DNA of 64,000 bases from Podarcis bocagei (GCA_964188305.1 OZ076885.1), one strand, 5' to 3'; shown: positions 37,018 to 50,757, counted from the first letter of the stretch. The notes: generated by a model not told the origin, from the letters alone. Made by a program: numbers and translations.

Positions 37018-39932
37018 ATTAAACCACCTCTCTCATAATGAATGTTAGAATTCAAGTGAACCATAATAGTGTTGTTTATTTAAAGCTCTGTTTTAGAAGC
37101 ACAATATCAAAATGCCAATAAAAAAGAAAAAAGGATTTTGCATATGGTGCTTATCCAAATAAATTGGATATTTGTCCAGCTTGAACATTTCTTCTTCGGA
37201 TGCCGATTGATACAACATTGGCTGGGAAATGTAGGACCAGTTTGGAAATGCCTTCCCTGTGTTCAGTCCAATAATGCAGTTTTTCCTTTCCAGGTTAAAG
37301 CTAGAGGTTACCAAGGCACATCCCCTCCTCATAGCAACTTTGTATTTGGGGGGGGGGGGAGACACCTTTCTAAAACAAAACAAAAAAGGGCAAGGAATTC
37401 ACTTATAAATGGCACTTTAAAAATATAAAAAAGATGAGCAGTCTTCCAGTTGTAATGGGGGGGCGCAAGACTGACTCTGAATTAAACATGATGAAATGTT
37501 CATCTGCCGTGCAAATTGTGAGGCACGAGGACAAAGCTACTGTGTTTTCTTTTTAAAGATTATGACTGAGCTCACCCTAAAATGGCCATGTCATTTATTT
37601 TCAGATCATGTCAGTTTCAGCTAGATACATAAAATCTATTTTATCCACTTTTCAGATTCCAAACTGGAAAAGCAGGCTGTGAAATAATAAATCTTCTCTC
37701 CTCACACCCACCCACTGGGACTTGACTGTCCCTTAAATCAGCTCTTAGAGATAGGATATTTTACTCCTTGGACTAAAAAAACAACCATCCTCTTCTATGA
37801 TTTGTGGCACTTTGCTTATCATGTGGAATAGCAAACACAAAGCTTACACTGGAGCATTAAACGGAGGCAGCAAGGCGGACTTTTAGTGGTATTCCATACT
37901 ACCAGGATTTTAGGAAACGGAAGATAAGGAGAAAATTGATGCTGTAATGTGGGCTCCAAAAACTTAATTAAGCTTAATTAATTTGTCACAAGGATCAATT
38001 GCAAGATCTTCATCTCCACCTAATAAATGAAGCTGTATCATTTCCTCATTGCTCAACTTCCTGTTAAACAAGTTGTGGTTATAAGGGCAAGAACTTTAGT
38101 GGCATAATGGCTATTATGCTGTGATTTTGCTACTTCGTTTGAAAATTCATCAACTAGATTTATATCAATTTAAATCAGAGCCCATCTATTTTGAGGTAAG
38201 GTAATCAATCTGAGGCTCCAGACAATAGGTGACCGAAGAGATTCAGCTCATGATTCCCAGTTATATTTCCCCAAACAGTCCTGCTCATCAAGAAGCTGAA
38301 TTTAAAAACGCTGTGAGACCCCAGGTCAGGTCAGAGTTCACATGATTTAGAAACCTTCCTGAAGTTATGCAAGTTTGGGTCTCAGCAGTGCCTACATGGG
38401 AGATTGGCTGGGAGCCCCATTACGCAACCTAGAATTCTGGCTGATGGCTGGAACCAAGCTGCACTTGTTCCAATGATCATGCAACCAAAAATAAAAACAA
38501 AGTACGTGCTGCAACATGTGAATTAGAAACCACATCTTGCATTGCATACCAAGTTGTATTGAAACATAGGGCATGAACATGAAAGGGGCACGCAGGCATT
38601 AAATGGTGTGTTGCATCTTCATGGGAGGCATGGTGAGGATTGCCAGATTCAATGGCAGCATATTGAATAGTTGTTTCAAATGGGAAAAAAATAATCTGTG
38701 CAGCTTCTACTGTCATAGCATCCCAGCGAGAAGAGCAGCTGTTCCTGCCAAAGGCTACCCAGAAATTCTTAGCTACTTTTAAAGGTACAGGTATTGTGTC
38801 AACTCTTGCAGCTGTAGGCTCAGTACAAAGAGACAGGGCTCTAAGATGAAAAGGCCCTGGGAACAGCTGATCCTGCAGGTACTGTTGTACTCCAGCTTGT
38901 ATCAGTCCCAACCAGCCTGGCCAATGGTCAGGAATTATGAAAGTTGGAGTCCAACAGCATCTTGAGGACTACAGCTTCCATATCACTGCTTCACCTTTTC
39001 TCCACAGTCAGAGGACATATGAGAGAAATATGTACAGGGACATAGACAATTAAGTAAACCTAGGTAGAGTTGGCCTCAGTAGGCATCTGCCAAGGCCCAT
39101 GATTCAAGAGGAAGCCTACTGCCAAGCCACAGAACCAACAAAGCCTGCTGTGACTCCTTCTTGCTGTCCCTATCTTCTCTCTTGCCCTCTTCAAGCAACT
39201 GAGGAGGAGATTCTGCTTGCCTTGGTGGGGTGGGTTAAGCCCAGAGGATTTGAGCAAGCAAATGGGTGGCAGAAAAATGAAGGAAGTGCGTCTACTTATG
39301 GACACACATGCCCCATGGCATCTTGCTCAAGGCACCTCAGAACCTGGAGCTGACTGTGGATAAGACCCTTCACCAGAAGAAAGCTTATCCGTCCTGGTCT
39401 GCTAAAGGAAAAGTCTTTTCACCTTGTCAAAGCTAATACTGGAAGTTGATAACTAGAAATGAATTTGATATGGTACTGCCAGAGGTTAACAGCTTGGAAA
39501 GTATCCAGTGTAGCAGTTACAAGGATACGTACTGTAGAGAAGGCAAAATCTCTTGTACCTTCTTCAGTGCTTGTAGGAAGTGGTAATACTTAATTTATCA
39601 ATTCCTATCCCCTCTTCACAGAGTCTCTGAGGACACATTCAGAAAAGAAGAAAAGCATATAGAACAATCCAATCTCCTTTAAGCTCAATGCAACAGCTAT
39701 AATCCATTATCAAAACGGAGGGGGGGGAGAGACATTTTGAGATGAATTGTGAGAACTAAATCCCTGTTAACTAGGACACTGTAACCCCAAAGCAGCTGAA
39801 AAAAATTAGAAAAGGAGCGATGAATAATGCACCAGCAAATAGGTCTCACACCAATGAGTTGGTTTGAGAGAAAGTGCTCAGCGTCATCAGAAATTATAAT
39901 GATATGACAGGGTGAAGATACAACTTACCACT

Positions 39933-40225
39933 AAAAGGTAAAGGACCCCTGGGCGGTTAAGTCCAGTCAAAGACGGCTATGGGGTACGGCAGTCATCTTG
40001 CTTCAGGCCGAGGGAGACGGCGTTTGTCCAGCATGACTAAACAGCTTCTGGTGCATGGAGGACTGTGATGAGTGCCAGAGCACACGGAAATTCCGTTTAC
40101 CTTCCCGCCGCAGCGGTACCTATTTATCTACTTGCACTGGCATGCTTTCGAACTGCTAGGTTGGCAGAAGCTGGGACAGAGAAACGAGAGCTCATCCATG
40201 GGGCAAATTCGAACCACTGACCTTC
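39933..40225 (-). mobile_element. Sauria SINE (Squam1-type), near full length
   Basis: The reverse complement contains GAAGGTCAGTGGTTCGAAT, CTGCCAACCTAGCAGTTCGAAAGCA, GTGCAAGTAGATAAATAGGTACC and the tail CCTTTACCTTTT. Confidence 0.9.
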
Positions 40226-43132
40226 AAAGAAACTCAGTGGAACTACTCTGCTCTGTTCAAAAGCACTTCCCTCTAGAAACTCCTTATGTCTGCAGCCCAT
40301 GCCACTCCTTTCCTACAGAAGCAATTTTGACACCACTGAAGTACAAGCTTCTTTTCATTAATGGCAGAACAGTTAACATGAAAACACTATTAGTTTTCAC
40401 TTTCCTGATCTAGTTGAGTAGAAAACAGTATCAGCATCGGCCATCAAACTTCCTTTGGGAAGGCCAATGTACTGCGTGTATCACACAACTACTCGCTGTT
40501 CACCGTGAAAGCCCAGCAGTTCCAACTACAGAAATCCTGCAGTGCACTGAGAGCCCATTTTTCTTTCTTTTTCAAGTTACAAGGAGCTGACATACAATTC
40601 TGCTCTTTTGCACCACCTGAATGAACAGTACAAAGCAACTGAAGTCAGTGCAGGAGAGTCTATAAGTAGCAGAGAAAAGATCAGTCCCCAGGGACAAACA
40701 GCTGCCTATCAAGCCCCTAGATTCAATCTGCCCAGAAAAGTCGACCATTTTCTGAAACCTTATGTGCAACAAATGAAGTTGCTGCCTATAATTCATGATA
40801 TATGTAGTTAAGCCACTCAAATAATGGTGTCAATCCCCCCAAACCAAAATGACTAACATGTAATTTACATGTATGTACAGCTAGGAGTCCTGATAGGGGC
40901 AGATACTCATGATTGTAGTAGTAGTAGTAGTCGTAGTAGTATAAAATTTAATAAATGATTTAATTTAATAAATAAAAAAAATACCATTTCTAATGTGTTT
41001 GGGGAGGGAGGTTTATTGGTTTCTGCTTTTTGTTCTTGTTTTTATCATGTACTTTTTGCAAGATTCTGGGCATATTCTTGGTTTATATGCTAGATTTATG
41101 TCAGATATGAATGCAGTCCCTGAAATACTTGTTAATTGCTAAGCATCTTGGAGGCATCAGACGAATATGAGCGTTCTCACTTTGCTCTTCACCCAACTTG
41201 TGCTTTCACATGCACATATCTCCAAAGAACCATTTTGGTACCCTGATGCAGTCCAACATATATACAGCTCTACTCAGCTCCAATTATACTGAATTCTCCA
41301 TTATATCGAACGTCTGAATGTGAATTCTCCCCAGCATCCTGACCTGGCACTTATCCTCTGCAAAGTGGTTAGAAACAGTGAAATTTCAGAAAGATGGGGC
41401 CCTAGATACCACATAGGACTGGACATGGGCTATGTATTATCTAGAGGTATGTTTGAAGTGCGTCAGAAGAGAGACTGATTTCCTGCCCTGCCATCACCTG
41501 ACCAAGACCCCAAATGTATGTTCATGAATCAAGTTTCTGCAGGACCCAATGATGTGATGCAGCATCCGCACCAAAAGTAACCCTCGGGGAACTCTTTTAT
41601 TTCTTTATTGCAAGTGGGGCCAGCAAGAAAATGTTGCAATGTAACCTCAGCATCTTGCAGGAATCCTCGAGTGCTGGGTTCCTGCCAGCCAGCTAGCCTA
41701 CCGACTCAAGGATATCAAATCCTCAAAAACAGCTGAAACAGGGCATTCTACCGTAATTCCCTGCTTTTCCTATTTTTGCTTTTCCAATTGAGAGTCAACA
41801 TTCTATGGGCAGTAAGAATAATCAGTCCTCAATGAGCTATTTTAGAGGGGCTGTCCCTTAAGTCCCCCCTATTTTTTCTACTTCTGCAAACCTTGGGGTT
41901 CCCCAGAGGTTGCTGATACTTCCCTCTAGATTCTCAGTGGCCCCGTTTGGGCTGTCGTTCTGCTGGCCCTGATTTCGCTGACAGAAGAAAGGATATACAG
42001 ACAGGCAGCAGCCATTTTAGGCATGTCCAACTGATGTGCAACCACACACGCGCTTGTCATTGCTGACCCAGAAGTGCCCCCCAAACGGGACGGGCTTGTG
42101 CGTGCTCCGCCAACGCAGGTGGGGGGGGTCAGGAACTGAACCCCTGTGAAAAATGGTTGCCACCTGTAAAGTTCAAAGTTTATTAGTTGTTGAATGGTCA
42201 CTGAAGGCCACAGTTGAGAACACTGTCAGTTAAACACTGTTTAAGAGGGTTGTGTTTAAATGTATTGCAGTGTGGCATTAAGAACATCCTCTCAAGAGAA
42301 GTTAGCCTGGTGGCAGCAGTCATTTCTCTACCCCTCTAATAAAGTCTTTCTCAGAAAACTACGAAGCCTTTCTCAGAAAACTATAGGGAGACCTCTTGCC
42401 TGGAGAACAAGGAGTTTCTTTCAAAAGGGATACTTTGTACACTGGGGCGATTATACATAATTAATAGCACTGAGCGCAGTTCACAGGAACTCCACTGCAA
42501 AGCCTATCTCCTCTTTTTGCCGCCTACCTGAGAAATTAAAAAGACAAGAACAAAATATGCTGTTTCTGCTCTAACTGAGCTATATTGCACCTGTCAGTGA
42601 TTGCGGAACCTTCTGGTCTGAAATATAACTTAATTATTTGAGTTAGAAAAACACACAGCTCTGCGAGCGAGAGGTGGGGGAGCGGACAAACTAAACACAG
42701 GCAAATGCAATGAGGATGATAAACAATCTGGTCATCGACTTTAATCTTCTTTCTTATTTGGGTGTGTCTTGCTGTGCTGAATCCAGCTGAGGCCCATGAA
42801 CAGGCTGTAATTGAGGAGCAGCATCTGCCCTACAAATGCATAAATGTGCTAACATCCCTAAACATCCCTACCGCGAAGCAAAAGCCTCTGAACGGAATGG
42901 GGGCTTACATCTGAGAAAGTGTGCCTTGGATCCGCCTGGAAATCAACAGATCTTTTAACTGCAGCCCTTGAATGTGCTTTGGCAGATTTTCATCACAGCA
43001 TGAAAACTTATCCAGCTATTACAAACCTATATCTACAATATCTGGTTTAGAAGCCATAATTTTGAAGTCTGACATCCCATGCCTTCCTTGTGTTTTTCAG
43101 TTTCCCGTTTCTGATTTTGTCCAAATAGGGTT

Positions 43133-43219
43133 TCCCGCAGGCATCTGGTTGGCCACTGTGAGAGCAGAATCCTGGACTAGACGAGTCATTGGCCTGATCC
43201 AGCAGACTCTTCTTATGTT
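43133..43219 (+). mobile_element. SINE/CR1-type 3' fragment (GGCCTGATCCAGCAG..CTTCTTATGTT tail)
   Basis: Same sequence family as 49755-49845 and 51641-51750 (-). Confidence 0.7.
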
Positions 43220-43294
43220 AACCTCATCATCATCACCATAATTTTATTTGTATGGTGTCTTTCCATTTCATTCCATTCCCATTCTCGGTGAGTT

Positions 43295-43768
43295 GGGGAC
43301 TTCGCCTGCGTGCGAAGACAGGCTCCGGCTGATTAAGCAGACAAGACCAACAGTGGCTCCAAAGGTCAAGAAGGTGGTTTTCTGCACATGCTGTAGAGGG
43401 AAGCGAGGGGCAGATGGGGCTCATCAACCTGAGAAGGTAGCCCATCTAGGAGAAGGAAAACTATAACCCCTAAACCTCCACTGGAGAAGCAAAGACAATG
43501 GAGTGACACAAATTGGGAGCGGAGTCCCTAAGATGGTTGGATGGTGCCTTGTACGCCTCTTTCCAGCAACTCCTACAGCCAAGCTGGTGCCAAACGTATT
43601 CCTCTGCTTTCCTTTGGACCATATCAGCAAGGCCAACAGCAGGGTCTTGTCGTCTCGGCAGCCCAGGCCTAGGCTTGCACCCAGGCTTCAGTGCTGCTAA
43701 CACAGTGGTTTGACTTCACCCCCAGAGGCACACTCCATTGCCTCTTGAGACAGATGGAGGCCAACAAC
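43295..43768 (+). mobile_element. Non-autonomous non-LTR element (RTE/Vingi-like) with (CAA)n tail
   Basis: Contains CCCATCTAGGAGAAGGAAAACT (RTE-type 5'UTR motif, from memory) and ends GCCAACAAC; the 3' ~280 bp align with 62470-62741. Confidence 0.6.
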
Positions 43769-46056
43769 CTATGTTGATACTATGTCACACATTGAACATC
43801 CCTGTATTATATATTCCAAGGGAGAAAGGAGCAATGTATCAACTGTTTTCAATGGAAGCTCCAGATCCACCGTAAGAACTAATTCCATCTTCAGCAAAGC
43901 CATGGTTTGGCTAAGCATGTCGTCTCAACCCAGGCTCATGGTTTGAGATGTAGCCAAGTGCTCATGCTAAGCCAAGTGCAAACTGGGACATTGACTGAGC
44001 ATCACCTACACATTACATGCAGAGTTTACTAATGGTTATCATTGGCCGAGCTTGTCTTTTCTCTCTAAGGAACCATCAATTTGCTTACAAGGTATGTCCT
44101 GATTCTCTGAAACACATTCCAGAAATCCATTTTTATCCTGTACAGTAGCTGGCCATACAGAATCTCCTGTGTGGATAAGAAAAATCAAGGATTGGATGGT
44201 GTAAGAAGAGCAGTGAAAACCATGTTTGGGTTGGGGAGATCATAAAATGTACAGCTAAAATTTGTGGAACCGCTCACTATAAATGTCATCCTATATATTA
44301 CACATGGCCCAGCGCCTTCTGGCTCCTTACTCACCTAATGTGCTTAGAACCATTCATCCACCAGAATGGCAACAACATGAGATCAACTGAGACCCCGTGG
44401 ACTAGATAAGGATTTCTTTAAATTACTGTGGTGGCTGTTCTTGCTCTTGTTTATTTTACATTTTTAAAACCCTACGAGCAGTGCAGGAACAAACTGAATA
44501 TGAAATTATTTTCTGCCATTTAGGCAAATAGCGGTCCCTTAGATCCAGAGTGTAAACACAATAAATAAATAAAACGGTTGAAATGCTCATTGAATCTCAG
44601 ACTTATGGTCGCATTCCTAGAAAAGAAGAGAACTACCTGCTGTCTCTGTACCGTAGAGCCGGCAAAATCCTCTCATCTTTTTGGATTGTGAGAAACAGCC
44701 AAAAGCCAGATTCAGGGTGAGCATGAAAAGGTCAAGCCCAATCAGAAGTGGCTCTGACACAACAAGCCGCAAATGCCAGAGGCTTGTCTTCCCTAAATTG
44801 TCTGAAACAGACCACAGACAATCATCAGGGCTTCCCCCGTAGCAGATGTGCCTTGAAAGGAAGGCTGACAGGAGCTGGCCAGGGACTGAACAGAGCTTCA
44901 ATTTAAAATTGCACAACTAATTCCAGATAAGAAAGTACGCGTATAATTTATTCCAGCTCAAATGGCAAGCAGAATTTAAGGAGGCTAAAATTCAATTATG
45001 CAGACAGATTTAATGCTCTTGATAAATTCCGACCACCTTTGCTGTTTGGGCAGGGAGAGGGGAAATGCCTTAAGATTTCTAATGACTAGATCTGCCAAAA
45101 AAAATTGACTCCAAGGCTATGCACACGTTACCCTTTACTCCAGCTCCACTACTCTCCCACTGCTGGTGCTTGAAGCCGAGCACACATGACGCCAGCCACA
45201 TTCCATCTGTAGCCTGTTGTTTCTCAAGAAATACTCCTGTTTGATGCATTTCCCCTCAAACCACCTTCTATCCAATTTGAAAACGCGAGCCGCAGCAAAG
45301 CTGAGGCGTGCACAGTTCAGAGAGGCGGCGATGCACATGTCTGGGAGGCTGCAGGTGCACAGAAACAAATCAGGGTGAAGACATGTCTACCCCTCTCTGG
45401 GGTGTGTGTAGCAAGTGCAAATACAACTTGAAACAGCACAGGGGAATGGGGAATGAGCTCAGTGGGTTTTAAGCCATTCTTGTGAGCATACCCTGACTCT
45501 GAGATGCAATGAGCTAAAGGGGTAGCCCCAAATGAAAGAAAAAGTTAAATGCAACTCTGTCGCAGAGCCTCGTGGTGCAAATAGGCAATTTTAGACTCTG
45601 GACTTAATGGTGCCTTATGGGAGCCCATGCTTTAGAGGGCAATGTGCATTACCTATTTCAAGATGTATTGAGCCATCCTTGCTGTGTTTGAATGCCCACC
45701 CGCCCATTTTGCTGGCTGAGGTTCTGACTTCCACCCTAAACTCTTCCCCTGCCAGAACCAACCTCTCAGAATGTCAAACGGAGCCCCTCTCTCTACCTGT
45801 TTTGTATCCCTCAAGAAATCTATGGATATGGTAGTAATAATATACATAATTAATAGGGTTGCAACGTTTAATCCATTAATTGATTACATTAATCAATTAA
45901 ACACCTTCAGGTCCACTATAAAAGTGCCCTCAATTAAGCAAGCGGAAGATATTTTTGTTGTTGTTGTTTTTAGTAGATACTTAATAAAAGAAACACTGTG
46001 TGAAGGACACTATCTTAGAAGTAGCAGTCTCTTGTCTCTCACCCACAAGATATATG

Positions 46057-46195
46057 GCCAGAAGCGGCTTAGTCATGCTGGCCACATGACCCGGAAGCTG
46101 TACGCCGACTCCCTCGGCCAGAAAAACGAGATGAGCGCTGCAACCCCAGAGTCGTCCGCGACTGGACCTAAAGGTCAGGGGTCTCTTTACCTTTA
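46057..46195 (+). mobile_element. Sauria SINE, 5'-truncated young copy
   Basis: GCCAGAAGCGGCTTAGTCATGCTGGCCACATGACCCGGAAGCTGTACGCC...GGTCAGGGGTCTCTTTACCTTT; CpGs retained. Confidence 0.92.
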
Positions 46196-48527
46196 AGATA
46201 GTGTTTACTCCCACACTTGCGGGTATCATAAAGTAGTCTTTCTTCCTTGAGAATTATTGTTTCATTTATATGTAGATGTACAGGGAGTGCAATTCTACAC
46301 TGGAGATTTGCCAGTTAAGGAGATAAAGGGTTCAGTGGAAAAGCCCCGTATGACAGCAGAATGCAAGCTATGCCACCATCACAATGGCTATGCCAGCAGA
46401 ACAACTCAGATAACTGTGTGGTACTTGGCAGCATCAGAGCTATTCTGATGGCAGCAATGTGCTGGTGGAACAGCTACATTGTGCCACAGGAGAGGAGCAC
46501 ACTGAAGGTCTATCCTATAGTCTTCTAGGACATGGGCATGCCTCTGTTGACAGCACAAGTTCACACCTGCCCCAGACCAGGAACAAATAATTTACATCCC
46601 ATTGATTTCATTGAGAGGGATTCCCTTTTTAAACAGCAATGTCCATTTAGATGGTAGCTCCACTCATGTCCAAATGTAGGATATGTTGTAAGTGAGCACC
46701 CAATTACAAGAGATCACCGCCAGTCACAGGGAGACCACAACTTGGATGATAGGGTTCACAGTGTGGAGTTGAGCTGCAAATCTCTGGCTTTGTGTGAAGC
46801 ACACTTAAGATGTGATCAGGGGGAACACTAGTGAACTATGGAGGAAGGGAACTCTGCAAATAAAGGGAGCCCTGTTCACAAAAGAACCTGACCTTACAAC
46901 AAAGATAGGAACTTCAGCACTTTGTGAACAATTCTCTGCTTTAAACTTGAACAAGCACCTTCCCTTTGGCTCCTTACACAAACAGCCAGTGCCATCTAAG
47001 ACCTGAGAGTGCCAGGACAGACTGCCCCACACATGTAAGTGAGCGGGGGAAACACTTGTTGCCAAGTATAACTGCTGTGTCCGACTCCTGTGTCTCTCCT
47101 GCTTGGTTTCTTGGTGATAATGCAGAAACACCTTCTAAGGATTTGATTAGGTTTATGCCTGTGGCAGCAGATTTGAGTATTGCAAAGCACTGGAAAGGTG
47201 CTGCAGGTCTTGAATAGCCACCAAAACTTTGGGACTTGGAGAAACTCACATGCCACCACAAGTCACTAAAGCAACAGATTCATTTTCAACAGTTAGGAGT
47301 GACTTTATTAATTTTGTTCATTGGGAAGGGCGTGAGACACAATTCCCAACCAGGTGTGCAAATATGAGGCTTATAAAAGGTTCATTATTTGGATTTGTAG
47401 CAGCAGTCCAGAGTTGGGGGGTGCTGCTTGTAATGACAATCCTGAAGATTACCTAAATGTAAGAAAAATGCAAAAATATAGAAATCTTTCTCCTTACCTA
47501 CACCTGGATTTTGATGTTAACATGTGTTGTTATATATGGCAATGCCATTGAAATGTGTTCATGCTGTACATGCTATTTCAGATTATTACTTGATTCTTAT
47601 AATAATAGTTTTTCCCATTTGTTGAAAAGTTAAGTTTGCTATGGGTTTTCTCCTCCAACCATCACCCCCGCTGGCCATGTTTGTGAGCACTTTTGTGTTG
47701 TGTGATCACCGCCCAGATACAGAGTATGGGACTAACAATCAACAATATATACCTTGATAAAGGGGGAGGGAATCCTTCCGAATGTTGAATGACATCACAT
47801 CCTATCACGGGACAAAAGTCCCCAGACTCTTTTGAAATCCTCTCAGGTTAAACATTGATACTGTTCCAGGAAATCAAAATTGCCTTTCAATCACGTTAAC
47901 ATAATTAGACTGTCACCATGGTTATTGACTCAAATGTTTCCAGAAGAAAAGCTCAGATTGAATTTAAAGGGACGACAGAAAGTAGGTGCAATTGTTTCAA
48001 TATACTTTAAGGAATACAGGAAGCATTGCCTTTGGTACAATCTTTGACCATATGCCATCAAATTACAGCACAGACAACCTTCCTCAAAGACATGACACAT
48101 CTATACGGTACACAATTTTTATCATATTGTTACCATCCTGGGCTCATGAGAGGGGGCAGACTAGACATTTCAATAAATAAACATTGTGGGGAAAGTCTAC
48201 ATCTTTGTACTGTATATAAGTCTCAGCTTCCTCCCCACAGCCAGTTTTGGTGGGGTGGGGTGCAGGTAGTCACATTTTATTATTCTCCCTCCCACTGCCA
48301 GTATAGAGTTTTTGTTTTTTTAAGAAACCAAAGAAATTGGTTTGCAAGAAGGGGAGACCTGTCATGTTATGCCCACAAACTGATTGAATTAAGCTATATC
48401 AATAAAAAAAGCTAGAAGAAAACCTTGGCTAACTTATAAAATCAAAATGACAGAGTAAATTATATTTGCTATGTGAGAGTCATGAGCACATTAGTTGGGA
48501 AGAGGCAAATTCTAAAGGAATCAAATA

Positions 48528-48768
48528 CAGTGGTACTTCAGTTTATGAACTTAATCCGTTCCGGAAGTCTGTTCTTAAACCAAAACCATTCTGAAACTGA
48601 GGCATGCTTTCTCTAATGAGGCTTCCCACCGCCGGTGCCCTTCTACTGTTCGGATTCCATTCTTAGACCGAGGCAAAGTTCTCAAGCCAGGACACTATTT
48701 CCAGTTTTGTGGAGTTTGTAAACTAAATTGTTCTTAAACAGGACTGTTCTTAAACCGAGGTAGCACTG
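48528..48768. mobile_element. Tigger-like TcMar MITE related to family A
   Basis: TA|CAGTGGTACTTCAGTTTA ... TAAACCGAGGTAGCACTG|TA. Confidence 0.88.
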
Positions 48769-49669
48769 TACTTCTGTCCCAATCCTACTCACTCAGCTCC
48801 TAATCTGAGCTATGGAGCAGCTTTCATAATTAGACTCTGCCTCCCCAGGAGCTCAATAAAAAGTACATTTCATAAGCCTAGCATGACCCCAAAGAGGAAT
48901 ACTGTGTGTGTACCATTCCTACCTTTTCAGCATTGAAACCAACAAGAAATGCCTGGAGAGCCTATGAGCCTGTGAGGCCTGGTAGAACAAAAGTTTCGGC
49001 TAAATAAAAGAGATCACTTATTGATCCATGAATGATGCAGTTTATCCCAGTTGTGAGCGAAACAGCGCCTCTGGTTTACAGCAGCAAACAAGCAGGAAAA
49101 TATCACCACTGTGCATTGCTGTTATTGACATTGACTGCAATCTTGCACCTTGTCAGATGTGAATCCATCTCTCAACGAAAGACGGGCACTTCCAAACGCT
49201 CATCAGAAAGTACTAAAGAAGATTTACAAGCCACTGAAGAGAAGTAGGAGATAAATAATTTAGGGGAGGCTCCAGTTAATTATGCAGCAGGGGTGTCAGG
49301 ATGGCTCAAGATAAATCCCCATTCACATGTGGGTCACAACAACTGCACATCAGGCTCTTCCTTTTGCAGCGTTGCTGGAGTGCATCTTTGTTACGCTGTG
49401 TGATGGTCCCACAACATGAATAGCTTTTTAAAGCACTCTTAAAGACAAAATGATCAGAGCAAAATAAAACAAGTGGACCACGCTGCACTGGATCATCAAG
49501 AAAGACAGGGAGATGAAAGACCACCTGACATCTTGCCGCAGCCTCTTAAAACAGGATTTTGAAACTTATTTCACGGGCTGCCTCATGTTCCATGGAAGCA
49601 AGAAAGCAGGAGAAGATACAAATTCTCACTTCACACCGTGTCCTAGGGGCACAGGTGTTCCACCATTTG

Positions 49670-49845
49670 AAGGCAGTCACGCTTCTGAATAGCAGTAGCT
49701 GGAAGCCACAGGAAGAGAAAGTGTTTTTGTGGTCGAATCCTGCTTGCAGGTTTCCCACAGGCATCTGGCTGGCCACTGTGAGAACAGGATGCTAGGCTAG
49801 ATGGGCCACTGGCCTCATCCAGCAGGCTCTTCTGTTGCTCTTATA
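49670..49845 (+). mobile_element. SINE with CR1-like 3' tail (host of the hAT MITE at 49846)
   Basis: GGCATCTGGCTGGCCACTGTGAGAACAGGATGCTAGGCTAGATGGGCCACTGGCCTCATCCAGCAGGCTCTT. Confidence 0.7.
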
Positions 49846-50084
49846 CTGGGGTCAACAACCTTTTTCAGCCATTGGCCGGTTCACCATCCCTCAGACCATG
49901 TGGTGGGCCGGGCTCTATTGGGGGTGGGCAGAGAAATGAATGAATTCCTATGCCCCACAAATAACCCAGAGATGCATTTTAAATAAAAGGACACATTCTA
50001 ATGTAAAAACACACTGGCCATGGACCAGATTGAGAAGGCGATTGGGCTGCATCCGGCCCCCGGGCCTTAGGTTGCCTACCCCTG
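49846..50084 (+). mobile_element. hAT MITE, family B
   Basis: CTGGGGTCAACAACC ... GGTTGCCTACCCCTG; TSD CTCTTATA/TTCTTATG; interior shared with the 20588 copy. Confidence 0.85.
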
Positions 50085-50211
50085 TTCTTATGCCACAGTA
50101 AACATGTAATGTTTAAAGGTGAGCTGTGTAGTGTATCTCCAAATACATCACAGGCGTGTGGGGTTTTTTGCATATGATCTCCCAAAGAGTTAATCTTTAA
50201 GATCAGCAGTA

Positions 50212-50446
50212 CAGTGGTACCTTGGGTTACAGATGCTTCAGGTTACAAATGCTTCAGGTTACAGACGCTTCAGGTTACAGACTCCGCTAACCCAGAAATA
50301 CTACCTTGGGTTAAGAACTTTGCTTCAGGATGAGAACAGAAATTGTGCAGCGGTGGCGCAGAGGCAGCGGGAGGCCCCATTAGTGGTACCTCAGGTTAAG
50401 AACGGACCTCCAGAACAAATTAAGTTCTTAACCCGAGGTACCACTG
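50212..50446 (+). mobile_element. Tigger/pogo-like TcMar MITE, family A
   Basis: TA|CAGTGGTACCTTGGG ... CCCGAGGTACCACTG|TA. Confidence 0.92.
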
Positions 50447-50495
50447 TACAAGGGTATGAAGACAGCAAGGTTTCTTCCCACTGGGAGGCTCCTAG

Positions 50496-50757
50496 GGCTT
50501 GTCTATACTTCATTTGCCCCGCAGCTTTCCCCTGGGAAAACCTGCTCTTTACCACTGAAAGGAAGCAAACGGTAACTGGGTTTTCAGCAGATTGCTGTTC
50601 ATTCCAATTCAGCGCTAAAAAGTGGGTTTTCCCAGGGAAAGTAGTGGGGCAAACAGGAAACCACTCAGAGCTGTGCTTAGAAAGTCTGGGACAAGTGGAA
50701 AACCTCTTGGACCCATTCTTTCTAGGCACAGGACAACTGGAAGTGTGGACAAGCCTT
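50496..50757. mobile_element. Fold-back Harbinger-like MITE
   Basis: Ends GGCTTGTCTATACTTC / GAAGTGTGGACAAGCC; inner arms TTTGCCCC..CTTTCCCCTGGGAAAACC / GGTTTTCCCAGGGAAAG..GGGGCAAA. Confidence 0.7.

Noticed and set aside
42480-42560. Strong minus-strand acceptor (TTTTGTTCTTGTCTTTTTAATTTCTCAG)
   Set aside because: No matching donor nearby, and all three frames stop within 16 codons.
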